Below are positions 25,801 through 38,400 of a stretch of 64,000 bases of DNA, in pieces. Position 1 is the stretch's first letter. Each line of letters opens with the position of its first letter. Source of the stretch: Eledone cirrhosa (taxonomy: Eukaryota); contig OZ024742.1 in assembly GCA_964016885.1 (NCBI GenBank), positions 163,804,001 through 163,868,000 on the forward strand. Reading direction: 5' to 3'. The position numbers and the translations under genes are program-made. The notes below the pieces were generated by a model. It was given only the letters and a program-made list of their open reading frames with translations. It had not been told where the DNA came from and made no database searches.

Positions 25801-28800
25801 TTTAACAAATTATCTCCCCCTGATTTTTTTTACAAATTATCTCCCCCTGATTTTTTTTACAAATTATCTACGCCTAATTTTTTTTACAAATTATCTCCCC
25901 CTGATTTTTTTTTACAAATTATCTCCCCCTGATTTTTTTTTACAAATTATCTCCCCCTGATTTTTTTTTTACAAATTATCTCCCCCCTGATTTTTTTTAC
26001 AATCTCCGCCTGATTTTTTTAAAAATTATCTTCCCTTGGCTGGCGGGAAATTATCTCCCCTTGGACGGCTGGAAATTATATCCCCTTGGAAGGATGGAAA
26101 TTATCTCCCCTTGGACGGCTGGAAATTATCTCCCCTTGGACGGCTGGAAATTATCTCCCCTTGGACAGCTGGAAATTATCTGCCCTTGATTTTGTTTTTA
26201 CAAATTATCTCCCCCTGATTTTTTTTACAAATTATCTCCACCTGATTTTTTTAAAAATTATCTCCCCTTGGACGGCAGTAAATTATCTCTCCTTGGCTGG
26301 AAATTATCTCCCCTTGGACGGCTAGAAATTATCTCTATTTGGACGGCTGGAAATTATCTCCCTTTGATTTTTTTTACAAATTATCTCCCTCTGATTTTTT
26401 TACAAATCTCCCCCTGATTTTTTTTTACAAATTATCTCCCCCTGATTTTTTTTTTACAAATTATCTCCGCCTGATTTTTTTTAAAAATTATCTCCCCTTG
26501 GACGGCTGGAAATTATCTCCCCTTGGACGGCTGGAAATTATCTCCCCTTGGACGGCTAGAAATTACCTCTCCTTGGACGACTGAAAATTATCTCCCCTTG
26601 GACGGCTGCAAATTATCTCCCCTTGGACGGCTGGAAATTATCTCCCCTTGGACGGCTGGAAATTATCTCCCCTTGGAGGCTAGAAATTACCTCTCCTTGG
26701 ACGGCTGAAAATTATCTCCCCTTGGACGGCTGGAAATTATCTCCCCTTGATTTTTTTACAAATTATCTCCCCCTGATTTTTTTTTACAAATTATCTCCCC
26801 CTGATTTTTTTTTACAAATTATCTCCCCCTAATTTTTTTTTACAAATTATCTTCCCCTGATTTTTTTTTACAAATTATCTTCCCTTGGCTGGCGGGAAAT
26901 TATCTCCCCTTGGACGACTGGAAATTATCTACCCTTGCACGGCTGGAAATTATCTCCCCTTGGACGGCTAGAAATTACCTCTCCTTGGACGGCTGAAAAT
27001 TATCTCCCCTTGGACGGCTGGAAATTATCTCCCCTTGGCTGGAAATTATCTCCCCTTGGACGGCTAGAAATTATCTCTCTTTGGACGGCTGGAAATTATC
27101 TCCCCTTGATTTTTATTACAAATTATCTCCCCCTGATTTTTAAAAAAAAAATTATCTCCCCTTCGCTGGCTGGAAATTATCTTCCCTTGGACGGCTGGAA
27201 ATTATCTCCCCTTGATTTTTTTACAAATTATCTCCCCCTGATTTTTTTTACAAATATTCTCCCCCTGATTTTTTTTTACAAATTATCTCCCTCTGATTTT
27301 TTTTTACAAATTATCTCCGCCTGATTTTTTTAAAAAAATTGTCTCCCCTTGGACGGCTGGAAATTATCTCCCCTTGGACGGCTGGAAATTATCTCCCCTT
27401 GGACGGCTAGATATTACCTCTCCTTGGACGGCTGAAAATTATCTCCCCTTGGACGGCTGCAAATTATCTCCCCTTGATTTTTTTTACAAATTATCTCCTC
27501 CTGATTTTTTTTTACAAATTATCTCCCCCTGATTTTTTTTACAAATTATCTCCACCTGATTTTTTAAAAAATTATCTCCCCTTGGACGGCTGGAAATTAT
27601 CTCCCCTTGGACGGCTAGAAATTATCTCTCTTTGGACGGCTGGAAATTAACTCCCCTTGGATACTGGAAATTATAGCCCCTTGGAGGGCTGGAAATTATC
27701 TTCCCTTGGACGGCTGGAAATTATCTCCCCTTGATTTTTTTTACAAATTATCTCCCCCTGATTTTTTTTTACAAATTATCTCCCCCTGATTTTTTTTTAC
27801 AAATTATCTCCGCCTGATTTTTTTTTTAAAAAATCTCTCCTTGGACGGCTGGAAATTATCTCCACTTGATTTTTTTTACAAATCATCTCCCCCTGATTTT
27901 TTTTTACAAATTATCTACCCCTGATTTTTTTTTACAAATTATCTACCCCTGATTTTTTTTACAAATTATCTCCCCCTGATTTTTTTTACAAATTATCTCC
28001 CCCTGATTTTTTTACGAATTATCTCCCCCTGATTTTTTTTACAAATTATCTCCGCCTAATTTTTTTAAATATTATCTCCCCTTGGACGGCTGGAAATTAT
28101 CTCCCCTTAATTTTTTTTACAAATTATCTCCCCCTGATTTTTTTTTACAAATTATCTCCCCCTGATTTTTTTTTACAAATTATCTTCCCCTGATTTTTTT
28201 TTACAAATTATCTCCCCCTGATTTTTTTTACAAATTATCTCCCCATGATTTTTTTACAAATTATCTCCCCTTGGCTGGCTGGAAATTATCTCCCCTTGGA
28301 GGCTGGAATTTATCTCCCCTTGGACGGCTAGAAATTACCTCTCCTTGGACGGCTGGAAAATATGTCTCCTTGGACGGCTGGATATTATCTACCCTTGGAC
28401 GGCTGGAAATTATCTCCCCTTGGACGGCTGGAAATTATCTCCCCTTGGACGGCTAGATATTACCTCCCCTTGGACGGCTGGAAATTATCTCCCCTTGATT
28501 TTTTTTACAAATTATCTCCCCCTGATTTTTTTTACAAATTATCTCCCCCTGATTTTTTTACAAATTATCTCCCCCTGATTTTTCTACAAATTATCTCCGC
28601 CTAATTTTTTTAAATATTATCTTACCTTGGCTGGCGGGAAATTATCTCCCCTTGGACGGCTGAAAATTATCTCCCCTTGGACGGCTGGAAATTATCTCCC
28701 CTTGATTTTTTTACAAATTATCTCCCACTGATTATTTTTTACAAATTATCTCCCCCTGATTTTTTTTTACAAATTATCTCCCCGTGATTTTTTTTACAAA

Positions 28801-29400
28801 TTATCTCCCCCTGATTTTTTTACAAATTATCTCCCCTTGGCTGGCTGGAAATTATCTCCCCTTGGAGGCTGGAATTTATCACCCCTTGGACGGTTAGAAA
28901 TTACCTCTCCTTGGACGGCTGGAAAATATGTCTCCTTGGACGGCTGGAAATTATCTCCCCTTGGACGGCTGGAAATTATCTCCCCTTGGACGGCTGGAAA
29001 TTATCTCTCCTCGGACGGCTAGAAATTACCTCTCCTTGGACGGCTGAAAATTATCTCCCCTTGGACGGCTGGAAATTATCTCCCCTTGATTTTTTTTACA
29101 AATTATCTCCCCCTGATTTTTTTTTACAAATTATCTCCCCCTGATTTTTTTTTACAAATTATCTCCCCCTGATATTTTTTACAAATTATCTCCCCCTGAT
29201 TTTTTTACAAATTATCTCCCCTTGGCTGGCTGGAAATTATCTCCCCTTGGAGGCTGGAATTTATCTCCCCTTGGACGGCTAGAAATTACCTCGCCTTGGA
29301 CGGCTGGAAAATATGTCTCCTTGGACGGCTGGAAATTATCTCCCCTTGGACGGCTGGAAATTATCTCCTCTTGGACGGCTGGAAATTATCTCCCCTTGGG
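13821..29400 (+). repeat. Macro-repeat copy 1 (~15.6 kb)
   Basis: The start matches 42978 onward at constant offset 29157 (14320/43477, 15346/44503, 17354/46511). The part from 15820 to 29400 matches 29401-42977. Confidence 0.88.
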
Positions 29401-32400
29401 CTAGATATTACCTCTCCTTGGACGGCTGAAAATTATCTCCCCTTGGACGGCTGCAAATTATCTCCCCTTGATTTTTTTTACAAATTATCTCCCCCTGATT
29501 TTTTTTTACAAATTATCTCCCCCTGATTTTTTTTACAAATTATCTACCCCTGATTTTTTTTACAAATTATGTTCCCCTGATTTTTTTTTACAAATTATCT
29601 CCCCCTGATTTTTTTTTACAAATTATCTCCCCCTGATTTTTTTTCTACAAATTATCTCCCCCTGATTTTTTTACAAATTATCTCCCCCTGATTTTTTTAC
29701 AATCTCCGCCTGATTATTTTAAAAATTATCTTCCCTTGGCTGGCGGGAAATTATCTCCCCTTGGACGGCTGGAAATTATCTCCCCTTGGAAGGATGGAAA
29801 TTGTCTCCCCTTGGACGGCCGGAAATTATCTCCCCTTGCACGGCTGGAAATTATCTCCCCTTGGACAGCTGGAAATTATCTGCCCTTGATTTTGTTTTTA
29901 CAAATTATCTCCCCCTGATTTTTTTTACAAATTATCTCCACCTGATTTTTTAAAAAATGATCTCCCCTTGGACGGCTGGAAATTATCTACCCTTGGCTGG
30001 AAATTATCTCCCCTTGGACGGCTAGAAATTATCTCTCTTTGGACGGCTGGAAATTATCTCCCTTTGATTTTTTTTTACAAACTATCTCCCTCTGATTTTT
30101 TTTACAAATTTCCCCCTGATTTTTAAAAAAAAATTATCTCCCCTTCGCTGGCTGGAAATTATCTCCCCTTGGACACTGGAAATTATAGCCCCTTGGAGGG
30201 CTGGAAATTATCTTCCCTTGGACGGCCGGAAATTATCTCCCCTTGATTTTTTTTACAAATTATCTCCCCCTGATTTTTTTTTACAAATTATCTCCCCCTG
30301 ATTTTTTTTTACAAATTATCTCCGCCTGATTTTTTTTTAAAATTATCTCTCCTTGTACGGCTGGAAATTATCTCCCCTTGATTTTTTTTACAAATTATCT
30401 CCCCCTGATTTTTTTTTACAAATTATCTCCTCCTGATTTTTTTTTACAAATTATCTACCCCTGATTTTATTTTACAAATTATCTCCCCCTGATTTTTTTT
30501 ACAAATTATCTCCCCCTGATTTTTTTTACAAATTATCTCCGCCTAATTTTTTTAAATATTATCTTTCCTTGGCTGGCGGGAAATTATCTCCCCTTGGACG
30601 GCTGAAAATTATCTCCCCTTGGACGGCTGGAAATTATCTCCCCTTGATTTTTTTACAAATTATCTCCCCCTGATTATTTTTTACAAATTATCTCCCCCTG
30701 ATTTTTTTTTACAAATTATCTCCCCCTGATTTTTTTTACAAATTATCTCCCCCTGATCTTTTTACAAATTATCTCCCCTTGGCTGGCTGGAAATTATCTC
30801 CCCTTGATTTTTTTTACAAATTATCTCCCCCTGATTTTTTTTACAAATTATCTCCCCCTGATTTTTTTACAAATTATCTCCCCCTGATTTTTTTTACAAA
30901 TTATCTCCGCCTAATTTTTTTAAATATTATCTTCCCTTGGCTGGCGGGAAATTATCTCCCCTTGGACGGCTGAAAATTATCTCCCCTTGGACGGCTGGAA
31001 ATTATCTCCCCTTGATTTTTTTTACAAATTATCTCCCCCTGATTATTTTTTACAAATTATCTCTTCCTGATTTTTTTTACAAATTATCTCCCCCTGATCT
31101 TTTTACAAATTATCTCCCCTTGGCTGGCTGGAAATTATCTCCCCTTGGAGGCTGGAATTTATCTCCCATTGGACGGCTAGAAAATACCTCTCCTTGGACG
31201 GCTGGAAAATATGTCTCCTTGGACGGCTGGAAATTATCTCCCCTTGGACGGCTGGAAATTATCTCCCCTTGGACGGCTGGAAATTATCTCTCCTTGGACG
31301 GCTAGAAATTACCTCTCCTTGGACGGCTGAAAATTATCTCCCCTTGGACGGCTGGAAATTATCTCCCCTTGATTTTTGTTACAAATTATCTCCCCCTGAT
31401 TTTTTTTTACAAATTATCTCCCCCTGATTTTTTTTTACAAATTATCTCCACCTGATATTTTTTACAAATTATCTCCCCCTGATTTTTTTACAAATTATCT
31501 CCCCTTGGCTGGCTGGAAATTATCTCCCCTTGGAGGCTGGAATTTATCTCCCCTTGGACGGCTAGAAATTACCTATCCTTGGACGGCTAGAAAATATGTC
31601 TCCTTGGACGGCTGGAAATTATCTCCCCTTGGACGGCTGGAAATTATCTCCTCTTGGACGGCTGGAAATTATCTCCCCTTGGGCGGCTAGATATTACCTC
31701 CCCTTGGACTACTGTAAATTATCTCCCCTTGATTTTTTTTACAAATTATCTCCCCCTGATTTTTTTTTACAAATTATCTCCCCCTGATTTTTTTTTTACG
31801 AATTATCTCCGCCTAATTTTTTTTTAAAAATGATCTCCCCTTGGACGGCTGGAAATTATCTGCCCTTGGACGGCTGGAAATTATCTCCCCTTGGACGGCT
31901 AGAAATTACCTCTCCTTGGACGGCTGAAAATTATCTCCCCTTGGACGGCTGCAAATTATCTCCCCTTGATTTTTTTAACAAATTATCTCCCCCTGATTTT
32001 TTTTACAAATTATCTCCCCCTGATTTTTTTTACAAATTATCTACGCCTAATTTTTTTTACAAATTATCTCCCCCTGATTTTTTTTTAAAATTATCTCCCC
32101 CTGATTTTTTTTTTACAAATTATCTCCCCCCTGATTTTTTTTACAATCTCCGCCTGATTTTTTTAAAAATTATCTTCCCTTGGCTGGCGGGAAATTATCT
32201 CCCCTTGGACGGCTGGAAATTATATCCCCTTGGAAGGATGGAAATTATCTCCCCTTGGACGGCTGGAAATTATCTCCCCTTGGACGGCTGGAAATTATCT
32301 CCCCTTGGACAGCTGGAAATTATCTGCCCTTGATTTTGTTTTTACAAATTATCTCCCCCTGATTTTTTTTACAAATTATCTCCACCTGATTTTTTAAAAA

Positions 32401-35400
32401 ATTATCTTCCCTTGGACGGCAGTAAATTATCTCTCCTTGGCTGGAAATTATCTCCCCTTGGACGGCTAGAAATTATCTCTATTTGGACGGCTGGAAATTA
32501 TCTCCCTTTGATTTTTTTTACAAATTATCTGCCTCTGATTTTTTTACAAATCTCCCCCTGATTTTTTTTTACAAATTATCTCCCCCTGATTTTTTTTTTA
32601 CAAATTATCTCCGCCTGATTTTTTTTTAAAATTATCTCCCCTTGGACGGCTGGAAATTATCTCCCCTTGGACGGCTGGAAATTATCTCCCCTTGGACGGC
32701 TAGAAATTACCTCTCCTTGGACGACTGAAAATTATCTCCCCTTGGACGGCTGCAAATTATCTCCCCTTGGACGGCTGGAATTTATCTCCCCTTGGACGGC
32801 TGGAAATTATCTCCCCTTGGAGGCTAGAAATTACCTCTCCTTGGACGGCTGAAAATTATCTCCCCTTGGACGGCTGGAAATTATCTCCCCTTGATTTTTT
32901 TACAAATTATCTCCCCCTGATTCTTTTTTACAAATTATCTCCCCCTGATTTTTTTTTACAAATTATCTTCCCCTGATTTTTTTTTACAAATTATCTCCCT
33001 GAATTTTTACCAATTATCTCCCCATGATTTTTTTACAAATTATCTCCCCTGATTTTTTTACAAATTATCTCCGCCTGATTTTTTTAAAAATTATCTTACC
33101 TTGGCTGGCGGGAAATTATCTCCCCTTGGACGGCTGGAAATTATCTACCCTTGCACGGCTGGAAATTATCTCCCCTTGGACGGCTAGAAATTACCTCTCC
33201 TTGGACGGCTGAAAATTATCTCCCCTTGGACGGCTGGAAATTATCTCCCCTTGGCTGGAAATTATCTCCCCTTGGAGGGCTAGAAATTATCTCTCTTTGG
33301 ACGGCTGGAAATTATCTCCCCTTCATTTTTATTACAAATTATCTCCCCCTGATTTTTTAAAAAAAAATTATCTCCCCTTCGCTGGCTGGAAATTATCTTC
33401 CCTTGGACGGCTGGAAATTATCTCACCTTGATTTTTTTACAAATTATCTCCCCCTGATTTTTTTTACAAATATTCTCCCCCTGATTTTTTTTTACAAATT
33501 ATCTCCCTCTGATTTTTTTTTACAAATTATCTCCGCCTGATTTTTTTGAAAAAATTATCTCCCCATGGACGGCTGGAAATTATCTCCCCTTGGACGGCTG
33601 GAAATTATCTCCCCTTGGACGGCTAGAAATTACCTCTCCTTGGACGGCTGAAAATTATCTCCCCTTGGACGGCTGCAAATTATCTCCCCTTGATTTTTTT
33701 TACAAATTATCTCCCCCTGATTTTTTTTTACAAATTATCTCCCCCTGATTTTTTTTACAAATTATCTCCCCCTGATTTTTTTTACAAATTATCTCCGCCT
33801 GATTTTTTTAAATATTATCTTCCCTTGGCTGGCGGGAAATTATCTCCCCTTGGACGGCTGAAAATTATCTCCCCTTGGACGGCTGGAAATTATCTCCCCT
33901 TGATTTTTTTTACAAATTATCTCCCCCTAATTTTTTTTTACAAATTATCTCCCCCTGATTTTTTTTTACAAATTATCCCCCTGATTTTTTTTTACAAATT
34001 ATCTCCCCCTGATTTTTTTTACAAATTATCTCCCCATGATTTTTTTACAAATTATCTCCCCTTGGCTGGCTGGAAATTATCTCCCCTTGGAGGCTGGAAT
34101 TAATCTCCCCTTGGACGGCTAGAAATTACCTCTCCTTGGACGGCTGGAAAATATGTCTCCTTGGACGGCTGGATATTATCTACCCTTGGACGGCTGGAAA
34201 TTATCTCCCCTTGGACGGCTGGAAATTATCTCCCCTTGGACGGCTAGATATTACCTCCCCTTGGACGGCTGGAAATTATCTCCCCTTGAATTTTTTTACA
34301 AATTATCTCCCCCTGATTTTTTTTACAAATTATCTCCCCCTGATTTTTTTACAAATTATCTCCCCCTGATTTTTTTTACAAATTATCTCCGCCTAATTTT
34401 TTTAAATATTATCTTCCCTTGGCTGGCGGGAAATTATCTCCCCTTGGACGGCTGAAAATTATCTCCCCTTGGACGGCTGGAAATTATCTCCCCTTGATTT
34501 TTTTTACAAATTATCTCCCCCTGATTATTTTTTACAAATTATCTCTTCCTGATTTTTTTTACAAATTATCTCCCTCTGATTTTTTTTACAAATTATCTCC
34601 CCCTGATCTTTTTACAAATTATCTCCCCTTGGCTGGCTGGAAATTATCTCCCCTTGGAGGCTGGAATTTATCTCCCATTGGACGGCTAGAAAATACCTCT
34701 CCTTGGACGGCTGGAAAATATGTCTCCTTGGACGGCTGGAAATTATCTCCTCTTGGAAGGCTGGAAATTATCTCCCCTTGGGCGGCTAGATATTACCTCC
34801 CCTTGGACTACTGGAAATTATCTCCCCTTGATTTTTTTTACAAATTATCTCCCCCTGATTTTTTTTTACAAATTATCTCCCCCTGATTTTTTTTTACGAA
34901 TTATCTCCGCCTAATTTTTTTTTAAAAATGATCTCCCCTTGGACGGCTGGAAATTATCTGCCCTTGGACGGCTGGAAATTATCTCCCCTTGGACGGCTAG
35001 AAATTACCTCTCCTTGGACGGCTGAAAATTATCTCCCCTTGGACGGCTGCAAATTATCTCCCCTTGATTTTTTTAACAAATTATCTCCCCCTGATTTTTT
35101 TTACAAATTATCTCCCCCTGATTTTTTTTACAAATTATCTACGCCTAATTTTTTTTACAAATTATCTCCCCCTGATTTTTTTTACAAATTATCTCCCCCT
35201 GATTTTTTTTTTACAAATTATCTCCCCCCTGATTTTTTTTACAATCTCCGCCTGATTTTTTAAAAAATTATCTTACCTTGGCTGGCGGGAAATTATCTCC
35301 CCTTGGACGGCTGGAAATTATATCCCCTTGGAAGGATGGAAATTATCTCCCCTTGGACGGCTGGAAATTATCTCCCCTTGGACGGCTGGAAATTATCTCC

Positions 35401-38400
35401 CCTTGGAAGCTGGAAATTATCTGCCCTTGATTTTGTTTTTACAAATTATCTCCCCCTGATTTTTTTTACAAATTATCTCCACCTGATCTTTTAAAAAATT
35501 ATCTCCCCTTGGACGGCAGTAAATTATCTCTCCTTGGCTGGAAATTATCTCCCCTTGGATGGCTAGAAATTATCTCTATTTGGACGGCTGGAAATTATCT
35601 CCCTTTGATTTTTTTTACAAATTATCTCCCTCTGATTTTTTTACAAATCTTCCCCTGATTTTTTTTAAAAATTATCTCCCCTTGGACGGCTGGAAATTAT
35701 CTCCCCTTGGACGGCTGGAAATTATCTCCCCTTGGACGGCTAGAAATTACCTCTCCTTGGACGACTGAAAATTATCTCCCCTTGGACGGCTGCAAATTAT
35801 CTCCCCTTGGACGGCTGGAATTTATCTCCCCTTGGAGGGCTGGAAATTATCTCCCCTTGGAGGCTAGAAATTACCTCTCCTTGGACGGCTGAAAATTATC
35901 TCCCCTTGGACGGCTGGAAATTATCTCCCCTTGATTTTTTTACAAATTATCTCCCCCTGATTTTTTTTTACAAATTATCTCCCCCTGATTTTTTTTTACA
36001 AATTATCTCCCCCTGATTTTTTTTTACAAATTATCACCCCCTGATTTTTATTTACAAATTATCTTCCCCTGATTTTTTTTTACAAATTATCTCCCTGAAT
36101 TTTTACCAATTATCTCCCCATGATTTTTTTACAAATTATCTCCCCTGATTTTTTTACAAATTATCTCCGCCTGATTTTTTTAAAAATTATCTTCCCTTGG
36201 CTGGCAGGAAATTATCTCCCCTTGGACGGCTGGAAATTATCTACCCTTGCACGGCTGGAAATTATCTCCCCTTGGACGGCTAGAAATTACCTCTCCTTGG
36301 ACGGCTGAAAATTATCTCCCCTTGGACGGCTGGAAATTATCTCCCCTTGGCTGGAAATTATCTCCCCTTGGACAGCTAGAAATTATCTCTCTTTGGACGG
36401 CTGGAAATTATCTCCCCTTGATTTTTATTACAAATTATCTCCCCCTGATTTTTTAAAAAAAAATTATCTCCCCTTCGCTGGCTGGAAATTATCTTCCCTT
36501 GGACGGCTGGAAATTATCTCCCCTTGATTTTTTTACAAATTATCTCCCCCTGATTTTTTTTACAAATATTCTCCCCCTGATTTTTTTTTACAAATTATCT
36601 CCCTCTGATTTTTTTTTACAAATTATCTCCGCCTGATTTTTTTAAAAAAATTATCTCCCCTTGGACGGCTGGAAATTATCTCCCCTTGGACGGCTGGAAA
36701 TTATCTCCCCTTGGACGGCTAGAAATTACCTCTCCTTGGACGGCTGAAAATTATCTCCCCTTGGACGGCTGCAAATTATCTCCCCTTGATTTTTTTTACA
36801 AATTATCTCCCCCTGATTTTTTTTTACAAATTATCTCCTCCTGATTTTTTTTTACAAATTATCTACCCCTGATTTTTTTTACAAATTATCTCCCCCTGAT
36901 TTTTTTTTACAAATTATCTCCCCCTGATTTTTTTTTACAAATTATCTCCCCCTGATTTTTTTTCTACAAATTATCTCCCCCTGATTTTTTTACAAATTAT
37001 CTCCCCCTGATTTTTTTTACAATCTCCGCCTGATTATTTTAAAACTTATCTTCCCTTGGCTGGCGGGAAATTATCTCCCCTTGGACGGCTGGAAATTATC
37101 TCCCCTTGGAAGGATGGAAATTGTCTCCCCTTGGACGGCTGGAAATTATCTCCCCTTGCACGGCTGGAAATTATCTCCCCTTGGACAGCTGGAAATTATC
37201 TGCCCTTGATTTTGTTTTTACAAATTATCTCCCCCTGATTTTTTTTACAAATTATCTCCACCTGATTTTTTAAAAAATTATCTCCCCTTGGACGGCTGGA
37301 AATTATCTCCCCTTGATTTTTTTTACAAATTATCTCCCCCTGATTTTTTTTTACAAATTATCTCCCCCTGATTTTTTTTTACAAATTATCTTCGCCTGAT
37401 TTTTTTTTAAAATTATCTCTCCTTGGACGGCTGGATATTATCTCCCCTTTCATTTTTTTTACAAATTATCTCCCCCTGATTTTTTTTTACAAATTATCTC
37501 CCCCTGATTTTTTTTTACAAATTATCTACCCCTGATTTTTTTTTACAAATTATCTCCCCCTGATTTTTTTTACAAATTATCTCCCCCTGATTTTTTTTTT
37601 ACAAATTATCTCCCCCTGATTTTTTTACAAATTATCTCCCCCTGATTTTTTTTACAAATTATCTCCGCCTGATTTTTTTAAATATTATCTTCCCTTGGCT
37701 GGCGGGAAATAATCTCCCCTTGGACGGCTGAAAATTATCTCCCCTTGGACGGCTGGAAATTATCTCCCCTTGATTTTTTTTACAAATTATCTCCCCCTAA
37801 TTTTTTTTTACAAATTATCTCCCGTGATTTTTTTTTACAAATTATCTCCCCCTGATTTTTTTTTACAAATTATCTCCCCCTGATTTTTTTTACAAATTAT
37901 CTCCCCATGATTTTTTTACAAATTATCTCCCCTTGGCTGTCTGGAAATTATCTCCCCTTGGAGGCTGGAATTAATCTCCCCTTGGACGGCTAGAAATTAC
38001 CTCTCCTTGGACGGCTGGAAAATATGTCTCCTTGGACGGCTGGATATTATCTACCCTTGGACGGCTGGAAATTATCTCCCCTTGGACGGCTGGAAATTAT
38101 CTCCCCTTGGAAGGCCAGATATTACCTCCCCTTGGACGGCTGGAAATTATCTCGCCTTGATTTTCTTTACAAATTATCTCCCCCTGATTTTTTTTACAAA
38201 TTATCTCCCCCTGATTTTTTTACAAATTATCTCCCCCTGATTTTTTTTACAAATTATCTCCGCCTAATTTTTTTAAATATTATCTTACCTTGGCTGGCGG
38301 GAAATTATCTCCCCTTGGACGGCTGAAAATTATCTCCCCTTGGACGGCTGGAAATTATCTCCCCTTGATTTTTTTTACAAATTATCTCCCCCTGATTATT

